64,000 nucleotides of DNA. It comes from Eledone cirrhosa. Taxonomy: Eukaryota. The stretch spans positions 13,516,001 to 13,580,000 of the forward strand of contig OZ024740.1 of assembly GCA_964016885.1 (NCBI GenBank). Reading direction: 5' to 3'. A model generated the notes under the pieces. The model saw nothing but the letters and a program-made list of their open reading frames with translations. It was not told where the DNA came from and ran no database searches. The translations under genes were made by a program, and so were the position numbers. Of the stretch, positions 24,681-36,573 are shown piece after piece. Position 1 is the stretch's first letter. Each line of letters starts with the position of its first letter.

Positions 24681-27600
24681 TGGTGTTCTGGTAGTCAGAA
24701 TGGTGTTCTGGTAGTCAGAATGGTGTTCTGGTAGTCAGAATGGTGTTCTGGTAGTCAGACTGATGTTCTGGTAGTCAGAATGGTGTTCTGTTAGTCAGAA
24801 TGGTGTTCTGGTAGTCAGAATGATGTTCTGGTAGTCAGAATGGTGTTCTGGTAGTCAAAATGGTGTTCTGGTAGTCAGAATGGTGTTCTGATAGTCAAAA
24901 TGGTGTTCTGGTAGTCAAAATGGTGTTCTGGTAGTCAGAATGGTGTTCTGGTAGTCAGACTTGTTCTGGTAGTCAGACTAGTGTTCTGGTAGTCATACTG
25001 GTGTTCTGGTAGTCAGAATGGTGTTCTGGTAGTCAGAATGGTTCTGGTAGTCAGAATGGTTCTGGTAGTCAGAAGGGTGTTCTGGTAGTCAGAATGGTGT
25101 TCTGGTAGTCAGAATGGTGTTCTGGTAGTCAGAATGGTGTTCTGGTAGTCAAAATGGTGTTCTGGTAGTCAAAATGGTGTTCTGGTAGTCAGAATGGTGT
25201 TCTGGTAGTCAGAATGGTGTTCTGGTAGTCAGAATGGTGTTCTGGTAGTCAGAATGGTGTTCTGTTAATCAGACTGATGTTCTGGTAGTCAGAATGGTGT
25301 TCTGGTAGTCAGAATGATGTTCTGGTAGTCAAAATGGTGTTCTGGTAGTCAGAATGGTGTTCTGATAGTCAGAATGGTGTTCTGGTAGTCAGAATGGTGT
25401 TCTGGTAGTCAAAATGGTGTTCTGGTAGTCAGAATGGTGTTCTGGTAGTCAGAATGGTGTTCTGGTAGTCAAAATGGTGTTCTGTTAGTCAAAATGGTGT
25501 TCTGGTAGTCAGAAAGGTGTTCTGGTTGTCAGAATGGTGTTCTGGTAGTCAGAATGGTGTTCTGGCAGTCAGAATGGTGTTCTGGTAGTCAGACTGGTGT
25601 TCTGGTAGTCAGAATGGTGTTCTGGTAGTCAGAATGGTGTTCTGGTAGTCAGAATGATGTTCTGGTAGTCAAAATGGTGTTCTGGTAGTCAGAATAGTGT
25701 TCTAGTAGTCAGAGTGGTGTTCTGGTAGTCAAAATGGTGTTCTGGTAGTCAGAATTGTGTTCTGGTAGTCAAAATGGTGTTCTGGTAGTCAGAATGGTGT
25801 TCTGGTAGTCAGAATGGTGTTCTGGTAGTCAGAATGGTGTTCTGGTAGTCAGAATGGTGTTCTGGTAGTCAAAATGGTGTTCTGGTAGTCAAAATGGTGT
25901 TCTGGTAGTCAGAATGGTGTTCTGGTAGTCAGAATGGTGTTCTGGTAGTCAGAATGGTGTTCTGGTAGTCAGAATGGTGTTCTGGTAGTCAGAATGGCGT
26001 TCTGGTAGTCAAAATGGTTTTATGGTAGTCAGAATGGTGTTCTGGTAGTCAGAATGGTGTTCTGGTAGTCAGAATGGTGTTCTGGTAGTCAAAATGGTGT
26101 TCTGGTAGTCAGAATGGTGTTCTGATAGTCAGAATGGTGTTCTGGTAGTCAGAATGGTGTTCTGGTAATCAAAATGGTGTTCTGGTAGTCAGAATGGTGT
26201 TCTGGTAGTCAGAATGGTGTTCTGGTAGTCAAAATGGTGTTCTGTTAGTCAAAATGGTGTTCTGGTAGTCAGAAAGGTGTTCTGGTTGTCAGAATGGTGT
26301 TCTGGTAGTCAGAATGGTGTTCTGGCAGTCAGAATGGTGTTCTGGTAGTCAGAATGGTGTTCTGGTAGTCAGACTGGTGTTCTGGTAGTCAGAATGGTGT
26401 TCTGGTAGTCAGAATGGTGTTCTGGTAGTCAGAATGATGTTCTGGTAGTCAAAATGGTGTTCTGGTAGTCAGAATAGTGTTCTAGTAGTCAGAGTGGTGT
26501 TCTGGTAGTCAAAATGGTGTTCTGGTAGTCAGAATTGTGTTCTGATAGTCAAAATGGTGTTCTGGTAGTCAAAATGGTGTTCTGGTAGTCAGAATGGTGT
26601 TCTGGTAGTCAGAATGGTGTTCTGGTAGTCAGAATGGTGTTCTGGTAGTCAGAATGGTGTTCTGATACTCAAAATGGTGTTCTGGTAGTCAGAATGGTGT
26701 TCTGGTAGTCAAAATGGTGTTCTGGTAGTCAAAATGGTGTTCTGTTAGTCAGAATGGTGTTCTGGTAATCAGAATGGTGTTCTGGTAGTCAGAATGGTGT
26801 TCTGGTATTCAGACTGATGTTCTGGTAGTCAGAATGGTGTTCTGGTAGTCAGAATGGCGTTCTGGTAGTCAAAATGGTTTTATGGTAGTCAGAATGGTGT
26901 TCTGGTAGTCAGAATGGTGTTCTGGTAGTCAGAATGGTGTTTTGATAGTCAGAATGGTGTTCTGGTAGTCAGACTGATGTTCTGGTAGTCAGAATGGTGT
27001 TCTGGTAGTCAGAATGGTGTTCTGGTAGTCAAAATGGTGTTCTGGTAGTCAGAATGGTGTTCTGATAGTCAAAATGGTGTTCTGGTAGTCAAAATGGTGT
27101 TCTGGTAGTCAGAATGGTGTTCTGGTAGTCAGAATGGTGTTTTGGTAGTCAGAATGGTGTTCTGGTAGTCAAAATGGTGTTCTGGTAGTCAAAATGGTGT
27201 TCTGGTAGTCAGACTGGTGTTCTGGTAGTCAGACTGGTGTTCTAGTAGTCATTATGGTGTTCTGGTAGTCAGAATGGTGTTCTGGTAGTCAGAATGGTGT
27301 TCTGGTAGTCAGAATGGTGTTCTGGTAGTCAAAATGGTGTTCTGGTAGTCAGAATGGTGTTCTGGTAGTCAGAATGGTGTTCTGGTAGTCAGAATGGTGT
27401 TCTGGTAGTCAGAATGGTGTTCTGGTAGTCAGACTGATGTTCTGGTAGTCAGAATGGTGTTCTGGTAGTCAGAATGGTGTTCTGGTAGTCAAAATGGTGT
27501 TCTGGTAGTCAGAATGGTGTTCTGGTAGTCAGAATGGTGTTCTAGTAGTCAGAATGGTGTTCTGGTAGTCAAAATGGTGTTCTGTTAGTCAGGATGGTGT

Positions 27601-30600
27601 TCTGGTAGTCAAAATGGTGTTTTGGTACTCAGAATGGTGTTCTGGTAGTCAGAATCGTGTTCTGGTAGTCAGAATGGTGTTCTGGTAGTCAGAATGGTGT
27701 TCTGGTAGACAGGATGGTGTTCTGGTAGTCAGAATGGTGTTCTGGTATACAAAATGGTGTTCTGGTAGTCAAAATGGTGTTCTGGTAGTCAGAATGGTGT
27801 TCTGGTAGACAGACTGGTGTTCTGGTAGTCAGACTGGTATTCTGGTAGTCAGACTGGTCTTCTGGTAGTCAGACTTGTTCTGATAGTCAGCCTGGTGTTC
27901 TGTTAGTCAGAATGGTGTTCTGGTAGTCAGAATGGTGTTCTGGTAGTCAGAACGATGTTCTGGTAGTCAGACTGGAGTTTTGGTAGTCAGAATGGTGTTC
28001 TGATAGTCAGAATGGTGTTCTGGTAGTCAGAATGGTGTTCTGGTAGTCAAAATGGTGTTCTGGTAGTCAGAATGGTGTTCTGGTAGTCAGAATGGTGTTC
28101 TGGTAGTCAAAATGGTGTTCTGTTAGTCAAAATGGTGTTCTGGTAGTCAGAAAGGTGTTCTGGTTGTCAGAATGGTGTTCTGGTAGTCAGAATGGTGTTC
28201 TGGCAGTCTGAATGGTGTTCTGGTAGTCAGAATGGTGTTCTGGTAGTCAGACTGGTGTTCTGGTAGTCAGAATGGTGTTCTGGTAGTCAGAATGGTGTTC
28301 TGGTAGTCAGAATGATGTTCTGGTAGTCAAAATGGTGTTCTGGTAGTCAGAAAAGTGTTCTAGTAGTCAGAGTGGTGTTCTGGTAGTCAAAATGGTGTTC
28401 TGGTAGTCAGAATTGTGTTCTGATAGTCAAAATGGTGTTCTGGTAGTCAAAATGGTGTTCTGGTAGTCAGAATGGTGTTCTGGTAGTCAGAATGGTGTTC
28501 TGGTAGTCAGAATGGTGTTCTGGTAGTCAGAATGGTGTTCTGGTAGTCAAAATGGTGTTCTGGTAGTCAGAATGGTGTTCTGGTAGTCAAAATGGTGTTC
28601 TGGTAGTCAAAATGGTGTTCTGGTAGTCAGAATGGTGTTCTGGTAGTCAGAATGGTGTTCTGGTAGTCAGAATGGTGTTCTGGTATTCAGACTGATGTTC
28701 TGGTAGTCAGAATGGTGTTCTGGTAGTCAGACTGGTGTTCTGGTAGTCAGAATGGTGTTCTGGTAGTCAGAATGATGTTCTGGTAGTCAAAATGGTGTTC
28801 TGGTAGTCAGAAAAGTGTTCTAGTAGTCAGAGTGGTGTTCTGGTAGTCAAAATGGTGTTCTGGTAGTCAGAATTGTGTTCTGATAGTCAAAATGGTGTTC
28901 TGGTAGTCAAAATGGTGTTCTGGTAGTCAGAATGGTGTTCTGGTAGTCAGAATGGTGTTCTGGTAGTCAGAATGGTGTTCTGGTAGTCAGAATGGTGTTC
29001 TGGTAGTCAAAATGGTGTTCTGGTAGTCAGAATGGTGTTCTGGTAGTCAAAATGGTGTTCTGGTAGTCAAAATGGTGTTCTGGTAGTCAGAATGGTGTTC
29101 TGGTAGTCAGAATGGTGTTCTGGTAGTCAGAATGGTGTTCTGGTATTCAGACTGATGTTCTGGTAGTCAGAATGGTGTTCTGGTAGTCAGAATGGCGTTC
29201 TGGTAGTCAAAATGGTTTTATGGTAGTCAGAATGGTGTTCTGGTAGTCAGAATGGTGTTCTGGTAGTCAGAATGGTGTTCTGGTAGTCAGAATGGTGTTC
29301 TGGTAGTCAGACTGATGTTCTGGTAGTCAGAATGGTGTTCTGTTAGTCAGAATGGTGTTGTGGTAGTCAGAATGATGTTCTGATATTCAAAATGGTGTTC
29401 TGGTAGTCAGAATGGTGTTCTGGTAGTCAGAATGGTGTTCTGGTAGTCAGAATGGTGTTCTGGTAGTCAGAATGGTGTTCTGGTAGTCAGACTGATGTTC
29501 TGGTAGTCAGAATGGTGTTCTGGTAGTCAGAATGGTGTTCTGGTAGTCAAAATGGTGTTCTGGTAGTCAGAATGGTGTTCTGATAGTCAGAATGGTGTTC
29601 TGGTAGTCAGAATGGTGTTCTGGTAGTCAAAATGGTATTCTGGTAGTCAGAATGGTGTTCTGGTAGTCAGAATGGTGTTCTGGTAGTCAAAATGGTGTTC
29701 TGTTAGTCAAAATGGTGTTCTGGTAGTCAGAAAGTTGTTCTGGTTGTCAGAATGGTGTTCTGGTAGTCAGAATGGTGTTCTGGCAGTCAGAATGGTGTTC
29801 TGGTAGTCAGAATGGTGTTCTGGTAGTCAGACTGGTGTTCTGGTAGTCAGAATGGTGTTCTGGTAGTCAGAATGGTGTTCTGGTAGTCAGAATGATGTTC
29901 TGGTAGTCAAAATGGTGTTCTGGTAGTCAGAATAGTGTTCTAGTAGTCAGAGTGGTGTTCTGGTAGTCAAAATGGTGTTCTGGTAGTCAGAATTGTGTTC
30001 TGATAGTCAAAATGGTGTTCTGGTAGTCAAAATGGTGTTCTGGTAGTCAGAATGGTGTTCTGGTAGTCAGAATGGTGTTCTGGTAGTCAGAATGGTGTTC
30101 TGGTAGTCAGAATGGTGTTCTGGTAGTCAAAATGGTGTTCTGGTAGTCAGAATGGTGTTCTGGTAGTCAAAATGGTGTTCTGGTAGTCAAAATGGTGTTC
30201 TGGTAGTCAGAATGGTGTTCTGGTAATCAGAATGGTGTTCTGGTAGTCAGAATGGTGTTCTGGTATTCAGACTGATGTTCTGGTAGTCAGAATGGTGTTC
30301 TGGTAGTCAGAATGGCGTTCTGGTAGTCAAAATGGATTTATGGTAGTCAGAATGGTGTTCTGGTAGTCAGAATGGTGTTCTGGTAGTCAGAATGGTGTTT
30401 TGATAGTCAGAATGGTGTTCTGGTAGTCAGACTGATGTTCTGGTAGTCAGAATGGTGTTCTGTTAGTCAGAATGGTGTTCTGGTAGTCAGAATGATTTTC
30501 TGGTAGTCAAAATGGTGTTCTGGTAGTCAGAATGGTGTTCTGGTAGTCAGAATGGTGTTCTGGTAGTCAAAATGGTGTTCTGGTAGTCAGAATGGTGTTT

Positions 30601-33600
30601 TGATAGTCAGAATGGTGTTCTGGTAGTCAGACTGATGTTCTGGTAGTCAGAATGGTGTTCTGTTAGTCAGAATGGTGTTCTGGTAGTCAGAATGATTTTC
30701 TGGTAGTCAAAATGGTGTTCTGGTAGTCAAAATGGTGTTCTGGTAGTCAGAATGGTGTTCTGGTAGTCAGAATGGTGTTTTGGTAGTCAGAATGGTGTTC
30801 TGGTAGTCAAAATGGTGTTCTGGTAGTCAAAATGGTGTTCTGTTAGTCAGGATGGTGTTCTGGTAGTCAAAATGGTGTTTTGGTACTCAGAATGGTGTTC
30901 TGGTAGTCAGAATCGTGTTCTGGTAGTCAGAATGGTGTTCTGGTAGTCAGAATGGTGTTCTGGTAGACAGGATGGTGTTCTGGTAGTCAGAATGGTGTTC
31001 TGGTATACAAAATGGTGTTCTGGTAGTCAAAATGGTGTTCTGGTAGTCAGAATGGTGTTCTGGTAGACAGACTGGTGTTCTGGTAGTCAGACTGGTATTC
31101 TGGTAGTCAGACTGGTCTTCTGGTAGTCAGACTTGTTCTGATAGTCAGACTGGTGTTCTGGTAGTCAGAATGGTGTTCTGGTAGTCAGAATCGTGTTCTG
31201 GTAGTCAGAACGGTGTTCTGGTAGTCAGACTGGAGTTTTGGTATTCAGACTGGTGTTCTGGTAGTCAGATTGGTGTTCTGGTAATCAGAATGGTTCTGGT
31301 AGTCAGAATGGTGTTCTGGTAGTGAGAATGGTTCTGGTAGTCAGAATGGTTCTGGTAGTCAGAATGGTGTTCTGGTAGTCAGCCTGATGTTCTGGTCGAC
31401 AGACTGGTGTTCTGGTAGTCAGACTGGTGTTCTGGTAGTCAGCCTGATGTTCTGGTAGACAGACTGGTGTTCTGGTAGTCAGCCTGATGTTCTGATAGTC
31501 ATATTGGTGTTCTGGTAGTCAGCCTGATGTTCTGGTAGTCAGAATGGTGTTCTGGTAGTCAGACTCATGTTCTGGTAGTCAGAATTGTGTTCTGGCAGTC
31601 AGAATGGTGTTCTAATAGTCAGAATGGTGTTCTGGTAGTCAGAATGGTGTTCTGGTAGTCAGAATGTTGTTCTGGTAGTCAGAATCGTGTTCTGGTAGTC
31701 AGAATGGTGTTCTGGTAATCAGAATGGTGTTCTGGTAGTCAGAATGGTGTTCTGGTAGTCAGACTGATGTTTTGGTAGTCAGAATGGTGTTCTGGTAGTC
31801 CGAATAGTGTCCTGGTAGTCAGACTGGTGTTCTGGTAGTCAGACTAGTGTTCTGGTAGTCAGAATGGTGTTCTGGTAGTCAGAATGTTGTTCTGGTAGTC
31901 AGACTGGTGTTCTATTAGTCAGAATGGTGTTCTGGTAGTCAGCCTGATGTTCTGGTAGTCAGAATATTATTCTGGTAGTCAGACTGGTGTTCTGGTAGTC
32001 AGACTGGTGTTCTGGTAGTCAGAATGGTGTTCTGGTAGTCATAATTGTGTTCTGGTAGTCAGAATGGTGTTCTAGTAGTCAGAATGGTGTTCTGCTAGTC
32101 AGAATGGTGTTCTGGTAGTCAGAATGGTGTTCTGGTAGTCAGAATCGTGTTCTGGTAGTCAGAATGGTGTTCTGGTAGTCAGAATGGTGTTCTGTTAGTC
32201 AGAATGGTGTTCTGGTAGTCAGAATGGTGTTCTGGTAGTCAGACTGATGTTCTGGTAGTCAGAATGGTGTTCTGTTAGTCAGAATGGTGTTCTGGTAGTC
32301 AGAATGATGTTCTGGTAGTCAGAATGGTGTTCTGGTAGTCAAAATGGTGTTCTGGTAGTCAGAATGGTGTTCTGATAGTCAAAATGGTGTTCTGGTAGTC
32401 AAAATGGTGTTCTGGTAGTCAGAATGGTGTTCTGGTAGTCAGAATGGTGTTTTGGTAGTCAGAATGGTGTTCTGGTAGTCACAATGTTGTTCTGGTAGTC
32501 AAAATGGTGTTCTGGTAGTCAGACTGGTGTTCTGGTAGACAGACTGGTGTTCTAGTAGTCATTATGGTGTTCTGGTAGTCAGAATGGTGTTCTGGTAGTC
32601 AGAATGGTGTTCTGGTAGTCAGAATGGTGTTCTGGTAGTCAAAATGGTGTTCTGGTAGTCAAAATGGTGTTCTGGTAGTCAGAATGGTGTTCTGGTAGTC
32701 AGAATGGTGTTCTGGTAGTCAGAATGGTGTTCTGGTAGTCAGAATGGTGTTCTGTTAATCAGACTGATGTTCTGGTAGTCAGAATGGTGTTCTGGTAGTC
32801 AGAATGATGTTCTGGTAGTCAAAATGGTGTTCTGGTAGTCAGAATGGTGTTCTGATAGTCAGAATGGTGTTCTGGTAGTCAGAATGGTGTTCTGGTAGTC
32901 AAAATGGTGTTCTGGTAGTCAGAATGGTGTTCTGGTAGTCAGAATGGTGTTCTGGTAGTCAAAATGGTGTTCTGTTAGTCAAAATGGTGTTCTGGTAGTC
33001 AGAAAGGTGTTCTGGTTGTCAGAATGGTGTTCTGGTAGTCAGAATGGTGTTCTGGCAGTCAGAATGGTGTTCTGGTAGTCAGAATGATGTTCTGGTAGTC
33101 AAAATGGTGTTCTGGTAGTCAGATTAGTGTTCTAGTAGTCAGAGTGGTGTTCTGGTAGTCAAAATGGTGTTCTGGTAGTCAGAATTGTGTTCTGGTAGTC
33201 AAAATGGTGTTCTGGTAGTCAGAATGGTGTTCTGGTAGTCAGAATGGTGTTCTGGTAGTCAGAATGGTGTTCTGGTAGTCAGAATGGTGTTCTGGTAGTC
33301 AGAATGGTGTTCTGGTAGTCAAAATGGTGTTCTGGTAGTCAAAATGGTGTTCTGGTAGTCAGAATGGTGTTCTGGTAGTCAGAATGGTGTTCTGGTAGTC
33401 AGAATGGTGTTCTGGTAGTCAGAATGGTGTTCTGGTAGTCAGAATGGCGTTCTGGTAGTCAAAATGGTTTTATGGTAGTCAGAATGGTGTTCTGGTAGTC
33501 AGAATGGTGTTCTGGTAGTCAGAATGGTGTTCTGGTAGTCAAAATGGTGTTCTGGTAGTCAGAATGGTGTTCTGGTAGTCAGAATGGTGTTCTGGTAGTC

Positions 33601-36573
33601 AGAATGGTGTTCTAGTAGTCAAAATGGTGTTCTGGTAGTCATAATGGTGTTCTGGTAGTCAGAATGGTGTTCTGGTAGTCAGAATGGTGTTCTGGTAGTC
33701 ACAATGGTGTTCTGGTAGTCAGAATGTTTTTTCTGGTAGTCAGAATGGTGTTCTGGTAGTCAGAATAGTTCTGGTAGTCAGACTGATGTTCTGGTAGTCA
33801 GAATGGTGTTCTGGTAGTCAGACTGGTGTTCTGGTAGTCAGACTGGTGTTTTTGGTAGTCAGAATGGTGTTCTGGTAGTCAGAATGGTGTTCTGGTAGTC
33901 AGACTTATGTTCTGGTAGTCAGAATTTTGTTCTGGTAGTCAGAATGGTGTTCTAATAGTCAGAATGTTGTTCTGGTAGTCAGAATGGTGTTCTGGTAGTC
34001 AGAATGGTGTTCTGGTAGTCAGAATGGTGTTCTGTTAGTCAAAATGGTGTTCTGGTAGTCAAAATGGTGTTCTGGTAGTCAGAATGGTGTTCTGGTAGTC
34101 AGAATGGTGTTCTGGTAGTCAGAATGGTGTTCTGGTAGTCAAAATGGTGTTCTGGTATTCAAAATGGTGTTCTGATAGTCAGACTGGTGTTCTGGTAGTC
34201 AGACTGGTGTTCTAGTAGTCAGAATAGTTCTGGTAGTCAGACTGATGTTTTGGTAGTCAGAATGGTGTTCTGGTAGTCAGACTGGTGTTCTGGTAGTCAG
34301 ACTGGTGTTCTGGTAGTCAAAATGGTGTTCTGGTAGTCAAAATGGTGTTCTGCTAGTCAGAATGGTGTTCTGGTAGTCAGACTGGTGTTCTAGTAGTCAT
34401 AATGGTGTTCTGGTAGTCAGAATGGTGTTCTGGTAGTCAGACTGATGTTCTGGTAGTCAGAATGGTGTTCTGCTAGTCAGAATGGTGTTCTGGCAGTCAG
34501 ACTGGTGTTCTGGTAGTGAGAATGGTGTTCTGGTAGTCAGAATGGTGTTCTGGTAGTCAGAATGGTGTTCTGGTAGTCAGAATGGTGTTCTGGTAGTCAG
34601 AATGGTGTTCTTGTAGTCAGACTGCTGTTCTGGTAGTCAGAATGGTGTTCTGGTAGTCAGACTGATGTTCTGGTAGTCAGACTGGTGTTCTGGTAGTCAG
34701 ACTGGTGTTCTGGTAGTCAGACTGGTGTTCTGGTAGTCAGAATGGTGTTCTGGTAGTCAGAATGGTGTTCTGGTAGTCAGAATGGTGTTCTGGTAGTTAG
34801 AATGGATTTTCTGGTAGTCAGAATGGTGTTCTGGTAGTCCGAATGGTGTTCCGGTAGTCAGAATGGTGTTCTGGTAGTCAGACTGCTATTCTGGTAGTCA
34901 GACTGGTGTTCTGGTAGTCAGACTTGTTCTGGTAGTCAGACTAGTGTTCTGGTAGTCAGACTGGTGTTCTGGTAGTCAGAATGGTGTTCTGGTAGTTAGA
35001 ATGGTTCTGGTAGTCAGAATGGTCTTCTGGTAGTCAGAATGGTGTTCTGGTAGTCAGACTGGTGTTCTGGTAGTCAGAATGGTGTTCTGGTAGTCAGCCT
35101 GGTGTTCTGGTAGTCAGACTGTTATTCTGGTAGTCAGACTGGTGTTCTGGTAGTCAGACTTGTTCTGGTAGTCAGACTAGTGTTCTGGCAGTCAGACTGG
35201 TGTTCTGGTAGTCAGAATGGTGTTCTGGTAGTCAGAATTGTTCTGATAGTCAGAATGGTTCTGGTAGTCAGAATGGTTCTGGTAGTCAGAAGGGTGTTCT
35301 GGTAGTCAGAATGGTGTTCTGGTAGTCAGAATGGTGTTCTGGTAGTCAGACTGGTGCTATGGTAGTTACAATGGTGTTCTGGTAGTCAGAATGGTTCTGG
35401 TAGTGAGAATGGTGTTCTGGTAGTCAGAATGGTGTTCTGGTAGTCAGAATGGTGTTCTGGTAGTCAGAATGGTTCTGGTAGTGAGAATGGTGTTCTGGTA
35501 GTCAGAATGGTCTTCTGGTAGTCAGAATGGTGTTCTGCTAGTCAGAATGGTGTTCTGGTAGTCAGACTGGTGTTCTGGTAGTCAGAATGGTGTTCTGGTA
35601 GTCAGAATGGTGTTCTGGTAGTCAGAATGGTTCTGGTAGTGAGAATGGTGTTCTGGTAGTCAGAATGGTGTTCTGGTAGTCAGAATGGTGTTCTGGTAGT
35701 CAGAATGGTGTTCTGGTAGTCAGACTGGTGTTCTGGTAGTCAGAATGGTGTTCTGGTAGTCAGACTGATGTTCTGATAGTCAGACTGGTGTTCTGGTAGT
35801 CAGACTGGTGTTCTGGTAGTCAGAATGGTGTTCTGGTAGTCAGAATGGTTCTGGTAGTCAGAATGGTTTTCTGGTAGTCAGAATGGTGTTGTGGTAGTCA
35901 GAATGGTGTTCTGGTAGTCAGAATGGTCTTCTGGTAGTCAGAATGGTTCTGGTAGTCAGAATGGTGTTCTGGTAGTCAGAATGGTGTTCTGGTAGTCAGA
36001 ATGGTTCTGGTAGTCAGAATGGTTCTGGTAGTCAGAATGGTGTTCTGGTAGTCAGAATGGTGTTGTGGTAGTCAGAATGGTGTTCTGGTAGTCAGAATGG
36101 TTCTGGTAGTCAGAAAGGTTCTGGTAGTCAGAAAGGTGTTCTGGTAGTCAGAATGGTGTTCTGGTAGTCAGAATGGTGTTCTGGTATACAGACTTGTGTT
36201 CTGGTAATCAGACTGGTGTTCATGTAGTCAGAATGGTGTTCTGGTAGTCAGACTGGTGTTCTCGTAGTCAGACTGGTGTTCTGGTAGTCAGAATGGTGTT
36301 CTGGTAGTCAGAATGGTGTTCTGGTAGTCAGAATGGTGTTCTGGTAGTCAGAATGATATTCTTGTAGTCAGAATGGTGTTCTGGTAGTCAGAATGGTGTT
36401 CCGGTAGTCAGAATAGTGTTATGGTAATCAGAATGGTGTTCTAGTAGTCAGAAGGGTTCTGGTAGTCAGAATGGTGTTCTGGTAGTCAGAATGGTGTTCT
36501 GGTAGTCAGAATGATTTTCTGGTAGTCAAAATGGTGTTCTGGTAGTCAGAATGGTGTTCTGGTAGTCAGAATG
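24563..36573 (+). repeat. Higher-order repeat: copy 1 of a ~12.0-kb tandem duplication
   Basis: Markers recur at +12011 (TCATACT 24996/37007, GATACTC 26665/38676), then +11751 (GTCGAC 31395/43146), then +11870 (GCTATGG 35356/47226, CATG 36221/48091). Confidence 0.88.
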
